Source: Dipteris shenzhenensis
Lineage: Eukaryota
NCBI GenBank assembly: GCA_047967505.1
Contig: CM106538.1
Reading direction: 5' to 3' (one strand)
DNA: 64,000 nucleotides
Every line of letters begins with the position of its first letter. Position 1 is the stretch's first letter. A model generated the notes under the pieces. That model did not search any database. It was not told the origin of the DNA and saw only the letters and a program-made list of their open reading frames with translations. The position numbers and the translations under genes were made by a program. This document shows, piece after piece, positions 1-13,600 of the stretch.

Positions 1-3000
1 TTAAACAACAAAAAGATGATATAGCATCCACTACCTGGAAGGGGTTTAAAAGAGAATTCAGGAAACACTTCTTACCTCCTGACGAAGCATCCCGAGCTTG
101 GGATCAATATAGGAACCTTCGTCAGAGAAATTTATCAGTGGTAGAATACACTGATAAGTTTCGAGAGAGTGTAATGAAGGTTGACGAACCCCTGCCTCAA
201 TCAATCCAAATGAAAGATTTCATATTTGGATTGAATGATCGAATAAAAATGGAAGTTCGGGCTAAGTACGCGAACACGTTAGATGATGCAATAGCTATAG
301 CCTTGAACTATGAAGATGCCAAGGACAGCAAGCCAAGTGGGTTTGCACAGGTCGGAACCCAGTATGGGTATTCGAAGAAATCTGGGTTTAAGAAGAAGTG
401 GACTAGTAGAGGGAGTGGTTCTCAGTCGAGTGGTCAAGCCAAGCAGGCGAAACCAGCTGAAACTCCTAAATCAAGTACCACCATTGGAGTGAAAAGGAAA
501 GTAACCCCAATGGCAGCCCGGGCTTGGTCTAAGTCTCCCTTGAACCCAGAACAAAGGGAAAAAGCGAGGAGAGAAGGATTATGTTTTGGTTGCCTTCAGC
601 CTCATCAGTGGAAGGATTGTCCACGTAACAAAGATCGTCGGATGGCTGAGATGGTGATCTCAGAGTGCGACGTGGAGATGGAGGGAAGTCCCAAAGCGGA
701 AGAGATGCAGATTCAGCTAGCGGGATCTTCTCAGAGGTTAGTACCTTGTTTGTTATGTGTGTCTGTTGCTAAGCTAGTGACGAGTGCACCTGATAACATC
801 CTATCTAAGCCCGCAGCAATGGGGTATACAGCCTTTAATGATACGGAGTTAATGAAAATGAAAGGGCAAGTGGCCAATCATGATGTCATTGTGTTGTTTG
901 ACTCGGCGTCAACTCACAATGTGATTAACTCCAAGCTCGTGAAGAGGCTGAAATTAAAGACAAGTCCATCTGACTATGCGTATACAGTCAGGATGGTAGA
1001 TGGAAGTTCAACTGAAGTATGGGACCAAAGGGTTACCCAGTTGGAGCTTCGTATTCAGGACTATGCTGAGAAGCTTGATTTTGAAATGACCAAGCTTGCT
1101 CATGCAGATATAGCCTTGGGTATGGCGTGGCATTCTAGGAAGAATCTAGCCATTGATTGGAAAAAGCACGTATATCAATTCAAGATGAATGATGTGCTTT
1201 ATGTCTTGTGAGGTGAGAAAGATATACCTAAGGGACCGTTGGTTTCCATGATGGAAATCCGAAAAGCTCAAATAGAGTTTTTATTCCTTTGCACAGCATC
1301 GGTAGAGCTGGTTGATGATTCTTCGGCTAGCACTGATGTTACGCAAAGTGGTGAGATGGCCAAGCTGGCTAATCTTATAACAGAGGAGTTCTCTGAATGT
1401 TTTAGGGATGAACTACATTATGGGTTACCTCCAGAGCGGAAAGTTCAACATAAGATTGAACTAATCCCGGGGGCAGAACCTGTAAATAGACCTCCCTATA
1501 GAATGAGTTTTACTGAAGAGGCGGAGTTGCGTAGACAACTGGAAGAATACCTCAAGTTGGGGCAGATTCAACCAAGTTTCTCACCTTTTGCTTCGCCAGT
1601 GATATTAAAGAAGAAAAAGGATGATACGTTTCGCCTCTGTATAGATTACAGAGCATTGAATAATATCACTGTTAAGCACAGGTATCCGATGGCTCGGATT
1701 GATGATTTGCTAGATGCATTACATGGAGCCGTGATTTTCAGCAAGATAGATCTTAAGTGTGGCTACCATCGAATCCGGATTAGAGCTGAGGATGTGCATA
1801 AAACCGCTTTCAGAAGCAGGTTTGGTCATTATGAGTTTTTGGTAATGCCCTTCGGACTTATCAATGCTCCAGCGACCTTCATCATGCTTATGAACGATTT
1901 ACTACGTCCGTATATCGGAAAGTTCGTGGTACATTTTATTGACGATATCCTGATATTCAGTGAAAGTATTACTGAGCATCGTGAACACTTAAGAGTAGTG
2001 TTCAGTACTTTGAGGAAAGCCAGTCTTTATGTAAATAGAAAGAAAACTATACTGTGTATGGTTAGGCTTGAATATTTAGGGTTCATAATTACTCCACAGG
2101 GGGTAGAAATGGATCCGAAGAAAGTGGCTGCGATACTAACTTGGCCAATCCCTCAGAGTCTGACCGCGTTGCGATCATTCTTGGGATTTGTCCAGTTTTA
2201 TAGAAGGCATATCAAAGGATATTCCGGAATAGTATCGCCATTGACTTATCTAACCTCAGATAAAGTACCTTTTATATGGGGACAGAATCAACAAGAAAGT
2301 TTTAACACCATAAAACAAGCTGTGGTCACAGGACCGGTGTTAAAAATAGTTGATCCCCAAAAACCGTTGATCCTGGAAACTGATGCAAGTGGCATTGCGG
2401 TAGGAGCAGTTCTCCTTCAAGAGGGAAGGCCAGTAGCCTTTGAAAGCAAGAAGCTTTCTCCCTCTCAAAGGAATTGGCCAACTCATGAATTAGAGTTGTA
2501 TGCTGTTATCCATGCTTTGAAAACATGGAGGCATTATTTGTATGGTTCAGAGTTTTATGTCATGATACTCTGAAACATTTCTGTAAACAGCCTGACTTAA
2601 GGGGCCACCAAGCTAGGTAGGCAGAGCTCATGCAGGAGTTTAATTTAACGATTCGGTACCGAAGAGGAAAAGATAATAAGGTGGCTGATGTGTTGTCTCG
2701 CATTATGCACAACCTGAGTTTCACGGTATTAGAGAGTGCTCTAATGACCGAGATTAGAGAAACTCAAAAAGTGGACGAGTTTGTCCAGAGCTTATGGCCT
2801 AAGGCTCATGTGTTGAAGCCCGGGGAAAGTGAGAAGGATGACCTGGCATCCAGAAAAGGCCAAACATATGCAAGATATACCATAAGGGATGGTATGCTAG
2901 TTAGAAATGGCAAGGTTGTAGTATTTGGTCAGAATGATCTCAGGCAGAGAGTCATTCGACAGTGCCATGATAGCCCGTGTGCGGGACATCCAGGGGTCGA

Positions 3001-4222
3001 GAAGACATATGATCTCGTGAAGCGAGATTTCTTTTGGCCAAAGATGAAAAAGCATATTCATGAATATGTGACACGGTGTTTCTCGTGTCAGGTAAGTAAG
3101 GCCGAGCGGGTGAAGCCACCCGGACTTTTACAGCCCTTGGAAATACCACTAAGTAAGTGGGAGAGCATTTCCATGGACTTTATTGTAGGGCTGCCTACAA
3201 CACAGGGAGGGTATGATTCTATCCTTGTGGTGGTTGATCGTCTAACCAAGATGACTCACTTCATTCCGACTAGAGAGTCTGTTAGTGCCCCGCAAGTGGC
3301 GGATTTGTTTATTAGACATATATTTCGTTTGCATGGATTGCCTAGATCCATAGTGTCAGACAGAGATGTCAGATTTACCGGTCATTTTTGGACAGCGGTA
3401 TTTGAGACACTAAGGACTGAGTTGGGAATGAGTAGTGGGGATCATCCTGAGACGGATGGTCAGACGGAGAGAGTCAACCAGACTTTAGAGGATATGCTGA
3501 GGGCATATGTGTCATTGAGGCAACATACATGGGACAAGTGGTTGCCATTGTTGGAGTTTGCCTACAATGATAGAAAACATTCCTCTACAGGGTTCAGTCC
3601 GTTTGAACTGAACTATGGTTATAGACCAGCCAATCCAACTATAGTTGGAGTACCTGAGAAAGTGCCTAGTGCCGCGAACTTTGTAGTTCAGATGCGGGAG
3701 ATGCTAGCACATGCGAGAGCTAATATCCGGCAGGCTATGGATAGAGCCAAGGTGTATGCGGATGAAAACCGGTCTATAAGAGTATTTAAGGAAGGAGAAA
3801 AAGTTTTTCTCAGAGTTCCTTCGCACTCAAAGTCGTTGACTTCAGGAGAGTGTGCTAAGTTATCACCTCGGTACTGTGGGCCGTGGTTAATTCTAAAGAG
3901 AATAGGCAGTGTAGCCTATAAATTAGAATTGCCACAGGGGTGTAAGGTGCACCCGGTTTTTCATGTTTCGCGCTTAAAGAAATTTTTACATACAGGTGAC
4001 TCACTAATCGAAGGTGTGGTTTTGTTTCAGGAGATAGATGATATTGCAAGGCGCAAACCAACAAGAATCCTGGACCGAGGAACAATGCAAATACGAAATC
4101 AGAAGATACCCACGGTGTTGGTTGCATGGCATGGTCAACCTCTATCCGAAGCTACCTGGGAATCCGTATATCAGTTGCGGAGAGTGTTCCCAGACTTTAT
4201 CATCGAGGATGCTGATGTCTGA
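1..4222 (+). pseudogene. gag-pol polyprotein of copy 1, disrupted
   Basis: ORFs 138-1211, 1239-2573 and 2630-4222 were one ancestral frame. TGA at 1209 is CGA in copy 2; a 10-bp deletion near 2560 relative to copy 2 shifts the frame; TGG>TAG near 2617. Confidence 0.92.
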
Positions 4223-4234
4223 AGAGGGAAGGAA
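4221..4234 (+). promoter_or_regulatory. polypurine tract (PPT)
   Basis: gaagagggaaggaa immediately before TG of the LTR; identical tract at 9553-9566. Confidence 0.9.
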
Positions 4235-4565
4235 TGTTACGCTCTAGCCGAGGTAGCATGATCTCGGAAGAATCAATCGACATTTCCCTTAAGGGATCTA
4301 TCTTTGTAATATATTTGTTTGCGCTTCAGGTAAATGATCGGGAGGGAATTAATGTCAAGGTCCTAGGTGAGGGCTGATAGCACCAGACTAGGTAGATCTA
4401 AGGCCAAGGGCCTAATGCAAATGTTGTGCCTAGGGGCAAAGAATTTAATGCATCCCAAGAGAGGGGTGAAATGTTGCATTAGGAAGGCCCTATATGGATG
4501 ACATGTGGCATCTAGATCTATCTAGGGAATTGGGGGCTTGTTGAGGCTAGAGAGAGAAGAGAAGG
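4235..4565 (+). repeat. partial LTR of gypsy copy 1
   Basis: Starts TGTTACG after the PPT; colinear with 9567-~9870; ends abruptly in gag sequence of copy 2. Confidence 0.88.
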
Positions 4566-7418
4566 AGCCTCATTAGTGGAAAGATTGTCCACGAAACAAG
4601 GATCGTCGGCCTGAGATGGTGGTCTCAGAATGCGACGTGAAATGGAGGGAAGTCCCAGAGTAGAACAGATGTAGATTCAGCTAGCGGGATCTTCTTAAAG
4701 GTCAGTACCTGTTTTGTTATGTGTGTCTGTTGCTAAGTTAGTAACTAGTGCACCTGATAATATCCTGTCAAAGCCCGCAGCAACGGGGTATACAGCCTTT
4801 AATGATACGGAGTTAATTAAGATGAAAGGGCAAGTAGCTAATCATGATGTCATTGTGTTGTTTGACTCAGCATCAACGCACAATGTAATTAACTCCAAGC
4901 TTGTAAAGAGGCTGAAACTAAAGACTAGCCCATCTGACTATGCATATACAGTCAGAATGGCAGATGGGAGTTCAACTGAAGTATGGGACCAAAGGGTTAC
5001 CCAGTTGGAGCTTCGAATTCAAGACTATGCTGAGAAGCTTGATTTTAAAATAACTAAGCTTGCTCATGCAGACATAGCCCTAGGAAGAATCCAGCCATAG
5101 ATTGGAAAAAGAATATTTATCAATTCAAGATGAATGATATGCTGTATGTCTTACGAGGTGAAAAAGATATACCTCAAGGACCGTTGGTTTCTATAATGGA
5201 AATTCGAAAAGCTCAAGAAGAGTTTTTGTTTCTTTGTACAGCACCGGTAGAGCCGATTGATGATTCTTCGGCTAGCATTGATGTTGCTCAAAATGGAGAG
5301 ATGGCCAAGCTGGCTGATTAAATAGTAGAGGAGTTCTCTGATTGATTTAGGGATGAGCTACCTTATGGGTTACCTCCAGAGCGGAATGTTCAGCATAAGA
5401 TTGAACTAATCCTGGGGGCAGAACCTATAAATAGACCTCCCTATAGGTTGAGTTTTACCGAAGAGGCGGAGGTGCGAAGAGAATTGGAAGAATACCTCAA
5501 GTTGGGGCAGTTCAACCAAGTTTCTCACCTTTTGCTTCGCCAGTGATATTAAAGAAGAAGAAAGATGATACTTTTCGCCTCTGTATATATTACAGAGCAT
5601 TGAATAATATCACTATTCAGCACAGGTATCCGATGGCTCGGATCGATGATTTGCTAGATGCATTACATGGGGCCGTAATTTTCAGTAAGATAGATCTTAA
5701 ATGTGGCTACCATCAGATCCGTATTAGAGTCGAGGATGTGCATAAAACCGCTTTTAGAAACAGGTTTGGACATTATGCATTTTTGGTAATGCCCTTTGGA
5801 CTTACCAATGCTCCTGCTACATTCGTCATGCTTATGAACGATTTACTACGTCCGTACATCGGAAAGTTTATAGTACACTTTATTGACGATATTCTGGTAT
5901 TCAGTAAAAGTATTACTGAGCATTATGAACACTTAAAAATAGTGTTTAGTACTTTGAGGAAAGCCAGTCTTTATGTAAATAAAAAGAAAACTATATTGTG
6001 TATGGTAAGACTTGAATATTTAGGATTCATAATTACTCCTGAGGGGGTAGAAATGGATCCAAAGAAAGTGGCTGCGATACTGACTTGGCCAATCCCTTAG
6101 AGTTTGACCGCCTTGCGATCATTCTTGGGATTTGTCCAATTTTATCGAAGGCATATCAAAGGACATTTCGAAATAGTATCGCCATTGACTGATCTGACCT
6201 CAGATAAAATACATTTTATATGGGGACAGAATCAAAAGGAAAGTTTTAACACCATAAAACAAGCTGTGGTCACAGGACCGGTGTTAAAAATAGTTGATCC
6301 CCAGAAACCGTTTTTCCTTGAAACCGATGCAAGTGGCATTGCGGTAGGAGCAGTTCTCCTCCAAGAGGGAAGGCTAGTAGCCTTTGAAAGCAAGAAGCTT
6401 TCTCCTCTCAACGAAATTGGCTAACTCATGAATCAGAGTTGTATGCTGTTGTCCATGCTCTGAAAACATGGAGACATTATTTGTATGGATTAGAGTTTTA
6501 TGTTGATGTTGATCATGATACTCTGAAACATTTTTATAAACAACCTGACTTGAGAGGTCGCCAAGCTAGGTGGGCAGAACTCATGTAGGAGTTTAACTTG
6601 AGGCTTCGGTACCGAAGAGGGAAGGATAATAAAGTTGCTGATGCGTTGTCACGCATTATGCATAATATGAGTTTCACGGTATTAAATGACCGAGATTAGA
6701 GAAACTCAAAAGGTGGACGAGTTCGTCAAGAGCCTTTGGCCTAAGGCCCATGTATTCAAACCGGGGGAAAAGGATGACCTGGCATCCAGAAAAGGCCAAA
6801 CTTATGCAAGATATGCCATAAGGGATGGTATGCTAAAAAGAAATGGCAAGGTAGTAGTACCTAATCAGAATGATCTCAGGCAGAGAGTCATTCAATAATG
6901 CCATGATAGCCCATGTGTGGGACATCCAAGAGTCGAGAAGACATATGATCTCGTGAAGCGAGATTTCTTTTGGCCAAAGATGAAAAAGCATATTTATGAA
7001 TATGTGACACGTTGTTTTTCGTGTCAAGTAAGTAAGGTAGAACGAGTGAAGCCACCCGGACTTTTACAGCCCTTGGAGATACCACTGGGTAGGTGGGAGA
7101 GCATTTCCATGGACTTTATTGTAGGTCTGCCTACGACACAAGGTGAATATGATTCTATCCTTGTGGTGGTTGATTGTCTTACCAAGATGACTCACTTCAT
7201 TCCAACTAGAGAGTCTGTTAGTGCCCCGCAAGTGGCAGATTTGTTTATTAGACATATATTTCGTTTGCATGGATTACCCAAATCCATAGTGTTAGACAGA
7301 GATGTTAAATTTACCGGTCATTTTTGGACTGCGGTGTTTGAGACACTAAGGACTGAGTTGGGAATGAGTAGTGGGGATCATCCAGAAACGGATGGTTAGA
7401 CGGAAAGAATGAACCAAA

Positions 7419-8800
7419 TTTTTTTTTTTTTTTTTGCAAAAAGAGACTTCTATTAAGTATTAAAGAAAAACCGTTAGAGCAAGCTCCATACGGGATACAT
7501 CATGCAATGCACGAAAAGCTCAAGAGCCAAAAAGAAAGGATTGAGGCTGAAAGTGCCATCTCAATCCGGTAGAAGCCTCCGAGAAAAAGGGAGAACCCCT
7601 CCAAACTCGAAGAAAAATAGTCCTTCTAGAAGAGGCTGCCCGTGAAGAACCCTGCATGCTAGCCCATATGGCTATCAAAGTGTGAACCGTGTCAGTCCAA
7701 ATACCCGTGAACACCTGTAATGGGTGTATCTGGGTGCCATCCAAGGCCTCAGTACATCTGGCTCTCCAAATGTGCCAAGAGGAAATGCTAGCCAAAATCT
7801 CCCAAGAGGTGTCCACTGAAACATGAGAAGCTCTGAAAGGAGTAAGTGGTACATCCTGTAGAGAGCAGGGCTCTATCATCTGCCGGCGGACCGAGAGTGC
7901 CCAAGAAGAAGGCTCACCCTCATAAAACACCTGGGGTCCGGTAAGAGATAACCATGCGACCGAGCCCCAAGTCATGAAGAAAGGGGATGTGTGAAAGATG
8001 CTGAGTATCCGAGCAACCCCTTTCCAAACAGTCCTCGCCTGACTGCAGTCCCAAAGGCAATGTCGCACTAACTCCTCTGCAGAGTGACAACGAGGACAAG
8101 TGGGATCAGCCCCAAAACGTGATCTCCACAGGTTCACTGCAATCCCTCCATGAATAGAAAGCCAAAAGAAAAGAGTGATCTTTCTATTTCTGAGGGATTT
8201 CCAGAGCCTCCTCCAGAAATTTCTACGCAAGTCTGCGGTGATGAAGAAGCTTTCCCAATGGGGGGCTCTGGAGGGAATCCAACCCCTACTGTTCAGCTGA
8301 AACCTCCTGGCATTACCAACCGTGAAACGAAAGAAGGGAATCCCCCTCTCTCGGTGCCCATGATCTATCCATTCCCACTCTCCTGGGTCCCACTGCAAGC
8401 ACCTGATAGGTGCACCTCCATATAACCACAACCTCCAGGATCCCAAGGCCAAGAGCAGAGGGTCGGGGTCTAAGTACCACTGCAGGCCCGCTCCAAGGTC
8501 CACAAAACCAGCAATCCTGACAGGCTGAAAGGCAACCTCAAGAAGAATGCCATCCCTGGATGTAGAAAGTAAACCTCCATCCCCAACATCAAATACCAGA
8601 GCGTCTTCCCCGAGACCTCGGAGAGCGATCACCTGTAAAGGAACTGATGTCCGCGAAAAAGCTCCCATCCAAGTGGTGGAAGTAATAGGCAGCTCAACTG
8701 TCCATTCCACCGGGATGGCTGCATCTATCTGCTGAATCCTGCGTGCTACCCCTCTGAGGTGACTCACGGACTGCAGTCTCTGATCCACAGGTAGCCTGAT
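7419..8800 (-). mobile_element. 5'-truncated LINE (family B), ORF2 C-terminus with zf-RVT-like CPRC..HCLWDC
   Basis: poly(T) 7419-7435; TSD aagaatgaaccaaa(tttt) at 7405 and 8801; near-identical to 39567-40380. Confidence 0.96.
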
Positions 8801-9566
8801 AAGAATGAACCAAATTTTAGAGGATATGCTTAGAGCATATGTGTCATTGAGGCAACATACATGGGACAAGTGGTTGCCATTGTTAGAGTTTGTCTACAAT
8901 GATAGAAAACATTCCTCTACAGGGTTCAGTCCGTTTGAGCTGAACTATGATTATAGACTAGTAAATCCAACTATAGTTGGAATACCTCAGAAAGTGCCTA
9001 GTGCCGCGAACTTTGTAGTTCAGATGCGGGAGATGCTAGCACTTGCGAGAGCTAGCATCCGCCAAGCTATGGATAGAGCTAAGGCGTATGCGGATGAAAA
9101 CCGATCCGTTAGAGAATTTAAGGAAGGAGAAAAAGTTTTTCTCAGAGTTCCTTCGCACTCTAAGTCTTTGACTGCAGGAGAGTGTGCTAAGTTATCACCT
9201 CGATATTGTGAGCCATGGTTAATTCTAAAAAGAATAGGCAAGGTAGCCTATAAATTAGAATTGCCACAGGGTTGTAAGGTGCACCCAGTGTTTCATGTTT
9301 CTCGTTTAAAGAAAATTTTGCAAACAGGTGACTCACTAATCGAGAGTGTTGTTTTGTTTCAGGAGATAGAGGATAATGCAAGACGCAAACCAACAGGATT
9401 CCTGGACCGAGGAACAATACAAGTACGCAATCGGAAGATACCCATGGTGTTGGTTGCATGGCATGGTTTACCTCTATCAGAAGCTACCTAGGAATCCGTA
9501 TACCAGTTATGGAGAGTGTTCCCAGACTTTATCATCGAGGACACTGATGCCTGAAGAGGGAAGGAA

Positions 9567-9990
9567 TGTTACGCTCAAGTCGAGGTAACATAACCTGGGA
9601 AGGGTCAGTCGACATTTTCTTTTAGAGGATCAATGTTTGTATTATATTTGTTTGGGCTTCATGTAAATGATAAAAAAGGAATCAAGGTCAAGGTCCTTGG
9701 TGAGGGTGACATGGCACTAGACTAGGTGGATCTAAGGCTAAGGGACCTAAATGCATGAAATGTGCCAAGGGGCAAATAGTTTTAATGATATCCCAAGAGA
9801 GGGGTAAATGATGCATTAAGGAGGGACCCTAAAATGGCATACTAGATCCATCTAGGGAATCTTGGGGCTTGGTGGAATTCAAGTAAGAAAATGCTTCAAC
9901 GTAACGATTTGTGAAGAAGAGAGAACTTACGACCACCGAGATTGGCTGGGAGGTGATTGAATGTGCTTGCACCCGTGATTCGACGTAACA
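9567..9990 (+). repeat. 3' LTR of gypsy copy 2
   Basis: TGTTACG...CGTAACA 7-bp terminal inverted repeat, directly after the PPT. Confidence 0.88.
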
Positions 9991-10346
9991 AGTTAGGAGT
10001 AAACAAGTTTTCGTGTGTCACTACCTCTTAAGACACTCCAGAAACCCTGCCATCTGTCATTCCTACATTCTACCAGATTGATGTCCCCCATGACAATTGT
10101 TGTGTCAAAAGGGCATGGATCCCATAATAGTGTTCTATCTCTGATCGAGTCAGGGGCATAAATTGAGAAAATCTCACATGATAGTTTACCATGCAGAAAC
10201 TCTATTTCTATTCCATTTGTACCTAAGGTAGGAATGGACCTGCCAATGTGACTTTCTAAATGGCACACTACTCCAAGAGCTGCCCCTCCTCTCCCTTCCT
10301 CATGGTCTGTTATAAACCATCTCCTGCTGTTGTCAACCTGTTGCAA
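9991..10346 (-). pseudogene. old LINE APE-endonuclease relic
   Basis: GRGGAAL, SIYAP..DRTLLW and MGDINLVE motifs match the APE EN of LINE ORF2. Confidence 0.7.
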
Positions 10347-10419
10347 TTTGCCATTTGAGTTTCTTTTCCCCTACCTTCAGCTTTTACAAGGCTAGAGAAT
10401 TAGGTTTGATGTCCATTCT

Positions 10420-11104
10420 TTTTTTTTATTTTTTTCACAAAAGAGACTTCTATTAAGTAAGAAAGAAACTCGCTAGAGCAAGCTCTGAGCGAAAATACAA
10501 CATCATGATATCATGAGGATAAATAAAACCCCCTCAAAGTGAGGTGGAAAACAACCAAGGCTGAGGCTGAAAGTGCCACCTCAACCCTGTAAGAGTCTCA
10601 GAGAAGAAAGGAGAGTCCTTCCATTCCCTGAAGAAAGAAGCCCTACTAGCTGAGGCTGCACGGGAGTCTCCCTGTATCCTCATCCATATGGCCATCAAAG
10701 TATGTACGGTATCTGTCCAGATACTAGCCAAAGTGTGCGAGGGATTAACCTGAGTACCCTCCATAGCCTCTGTACATCTGGCCCTCCAGATATGCCAGGA
10801 TGCTATGCTCGCTAAAATCTCCCAAGAAGTATCCACCGAGACATGTACATCTGTAAAAGGAAGGTGTGGTACCACATCCAACGAACAGGACTCAATCTGA
10901 TGACGTCGAACTAAAATGGCCCGAGAGGAGTCAAGTCTCTCATAGAATACCTGAGGCCCTGTAAGAGAAAGCCAAGCCACTGAGCCCCATGTCATAAAGA
11001 ATGAGGAGTGGGCAAAGTGACTGAAAATTATGGCTACCCCCATCCAAATCATCCTCGTCTGTCTGCAGTCCCATAAACAATGCTGAATAGTCTCCGAAGC
11101 ATGT
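10420..11104 (-). mobile_element. 5'-truncated LINE (family A) 3' end
   Basis: poly(T) tail; 16-bp TSD gtttgatgtccattct at 10404-10419 and 11105-11120; colinear with 33253-33915. Confidence 0.95.
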
Positions 11105-11265
11105 GTTTGATGTCCATTCTCTTCAACCATGTGTTTAAAAATCTAGTTTAAGATCATTTGATAATTCTTGAACATTTATGCTCAAGAAAGAGAAATTTTC
11201 CTATAAGTTGTCCGACATATGTATTGATTGTTTTTGGTTTCTCTTCTTCTCGAACTGAATTGGGC

Positions 11266-12201
11266 TTTTTTTTTTTTCAAGAAAATTACTTCATTAAGTA
11301 TGAACGAAAACCGCGAGAGCAAGCTCAAATGCGGGAATACGTCATGCTATGCATGAGGAAAAAACAGCTCAAAAGGAGCTAATAAAAAACAAGGCGGAGG
11401 CTGAAAATGCCACCTCAACCCTGAAGGAGACTCAGAGAAGAAAGGAGATCCTCTCCAAACTCTGAAAAAAGTAACTCTCCTGGCAGTGGCTGCTTTGGAG
11501 GATCCCTGCATGCTCGCCTAGATGGCCATCAGAGTGTGTATTGTGTCGGTCCAAATACTGGCCATAGCCTGGGAAGGGTAAACCTGGGTACCCTCCATCG
11601 CCTCTGTATACTTGACTCTCCAAATATGCCAAGATGCAATGCTAGCCAGAATCTCCGATGATGTGTCTATTGAGGCATGAGTAGGTCTGAAAGGAGTGAA
11701 GGGAACATCCTGAAGTGAACAAGACTCCACTTAGTGTCGCCGTACAATGAGTGCTAGATCTAGATCATGTCCCTCGAAGAATACTTGAGGGCCAGTAAGA
11801 GAACCATGCTATTGAACCCCAGGTCATATAGAAAGGTGCAGTATGAAAGATATTGAAAATCCTAGCAATACCTTTCTAGATCGTCTTTACTTGTTTGCAC
11901 TCCCAAAGGCAATGTTGTACTGACTCAACTGCAATGTGGCAAAGAGGAAAAGTAGAGTCAATCCCAAACCTGGATCTCCACAGGTTCATTGCAATCCCTC
12001 CATGGATAGAAAGCCAAAAGAAAAGAGTGATCTTTCTATTCCCGAGGGATTTCCAGAGCCTACGCCAAAAGTTTATCCGCACATCTGCAAAAATCTAAAA
12101 ACTGTCCCAATGAGGGGCTATAGAGGGCCTCCAACCTCTACTACTGAGCTGAAATCTCCGAGCATTTCTGACTGTATAACGAAATAAGGGGATGCTCTTC
12201 T
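11266..12201 (-). mobile_element. LINE (family C) 3' fragment, cut by an LTR
   Basis: poly(T) 11266-11277; reverse complement of 22960-23895. Confidence 0.92.
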
Positions 12202-12382
12202 TGAAGATGCAAGACATAGAATGGAATGGAAAGGAAAAGCAAGACTAGGAAAGCATAATGGAAATGAAATAATGTGAGAAAGAAATATACAACTAAGCAA
12301 AGTACTTACATGATTAAGAAAGGCATGAGGCTTGATTAAAATGACAATGAGAGTACAATGCCTTTATAGGATAGGCACACAC
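12202..12382 (-). repeat. copia LTR segment (U5/R/TATA side)
   Basis: Colinear with the LTR at 27766-27945 (tgaagatgcaagaca...cctttatagg); minus-strand cctataaagg TATA. Confidence 0.85.
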
Positions 12383-12459
12383 CTAGACCCAAGCCCAGGT
12401 GTAGTCCAAGTTCTACTTTGATTCCAAGTCATGCAAAACAACCATAGATTAGGAAGAAG

Positions 12460-13600
12460 ATGGTGAGGGGGAGGTTAGCAAGAGAGGGTGGTGAGGTAGT
12501 AGCAGGAGAAGATGCGCATAAAAGCGGGGGAATAGGGCGGAGATGTCAAGGGTAAGAGGGCCATAGGGAGAAGATGCGTGGGGGGCAAGGGGGTGATCAA
12601 GTGAAGGAGGTCACAGGGGAGATGGAGGGGAGGAGGCCGCAAGAGGGAGAGGAGGAGTGATGGAGGGGCAGGAGGGCCCAGGATGGGAGGAGGGGTGATG
12701 GAGGTGCAGGAGGGGAGGAGGGGTGATGGAGGTGTAGGTGGTCGTAAGAGGGAGAGGAGGAGCGATGGAGGGACAAGAGGACCCAAGACGGGAGAAGGGG
12801 TGATGGAGGGGTACGTGGTCATAGGAGGAGAGGAGAGGCGATGGAAGGGTAGGAGGGGTATGCGCCACAGGGAGGAGGGGGCCAGGAGGGACACAAGGGA
12901 GTATGTGCTAGCAGGGAGAAGGGGTATAGGAGGGGCACAAAGGGGTATGCGCAGGAGGTAGAAGGCGCTAGGGCAGGACGACGCAGGAGGGGGTGCTGTT
13001 GGCGTTGAGGGGTAGAGACGCAAAGGGGGAGGGGAGGGGCGATGGAAGGAGATGCGAGAGGGGGGGGGGGGGGGGGCTAGGAGATGCCAGGGATGAGTGG
13101 GGGGCAAGGAGGAAGGGGTGCAATAGAGGGGAGGAGAGGTGCGATGGAAGGAAGGAGGAGGGAACATAAGGTGTGATGGGGGGGGAGATGGAGGGGAGAG
13201 AAGTGGGGTGATGGAGGGGGCTAGGAGATGGCACAAGTAGAGCAACATGAAGAGGAGGGGCTGGAGCAGATGGGGAGGATGGCGATGGAGGGATAGTGCA
13301 AGGGTAGGAGGGGGAAGGCGATGGGGCAGGATGATTCAAGCATGGGGCTGGTACAGAACCAAAAGGGGAGACAAAAAGCAGCTTGGCGAAAAAAAGAGTT
13401 GTTAAAAATAGCATGGGAGGAGAGGTAGTCATGATGGCTATGGTGAAGTGGGGAGAAGGGGAGGGATGTGGAGAGAGGTGAAGGAAATGGGGGGAGAGGG
13501 CTGATTTGAAGAGAGAGATGAAGGTAAGAGAGAGGTGAGGGAAAGTGGAGAAAGAGGTGTATGTACACCTTGTGCATCACCACCGAAGCTAAGTGACTCC
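12460..13600. repeat. G/A-rich low-complexity tract with a ~105-bp tandem duplication and a G17 run
   Basis: Composition; 12645-12715 resembles 12750-12815; G run 13060-13076. Confidence 0.8.

Larger units (their letters stand above)
1..4565 (+). mobile_element. Ty3/gypsy chromovirus copy 1 (5' end outside window; 3' LTR truncated)
   Basis: gag with CX2CX3HX4C knuckle, protease (LFDSASTHN), RT (RLCIDYRALN, FIDD), RNase H (ETDAS), integrase (HDSPCAGH..C..C, D-D-E, GPW) and C-terminal chromodomain (VLVAWHG..EATWE); then PPT and a TGTTACG LTR start. Confidence 0.96.
4566..9990 (+). mobile_element. Ty3/gypsy chromovirus copy 2, starting mid-gag, many stops and frameshifts, LINE inserted in integrase
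   Basis: Colinear with 598-4222; PPT 9553-9566; 3' LTR 9567-9990. Confidence 0.95.

Noticed and set aside
1209-1211. Programmed stop readthrough between gag-PR and RT
   Set aside because: Copy 2 has CGA at this codon, so it is ordinary CpG decay
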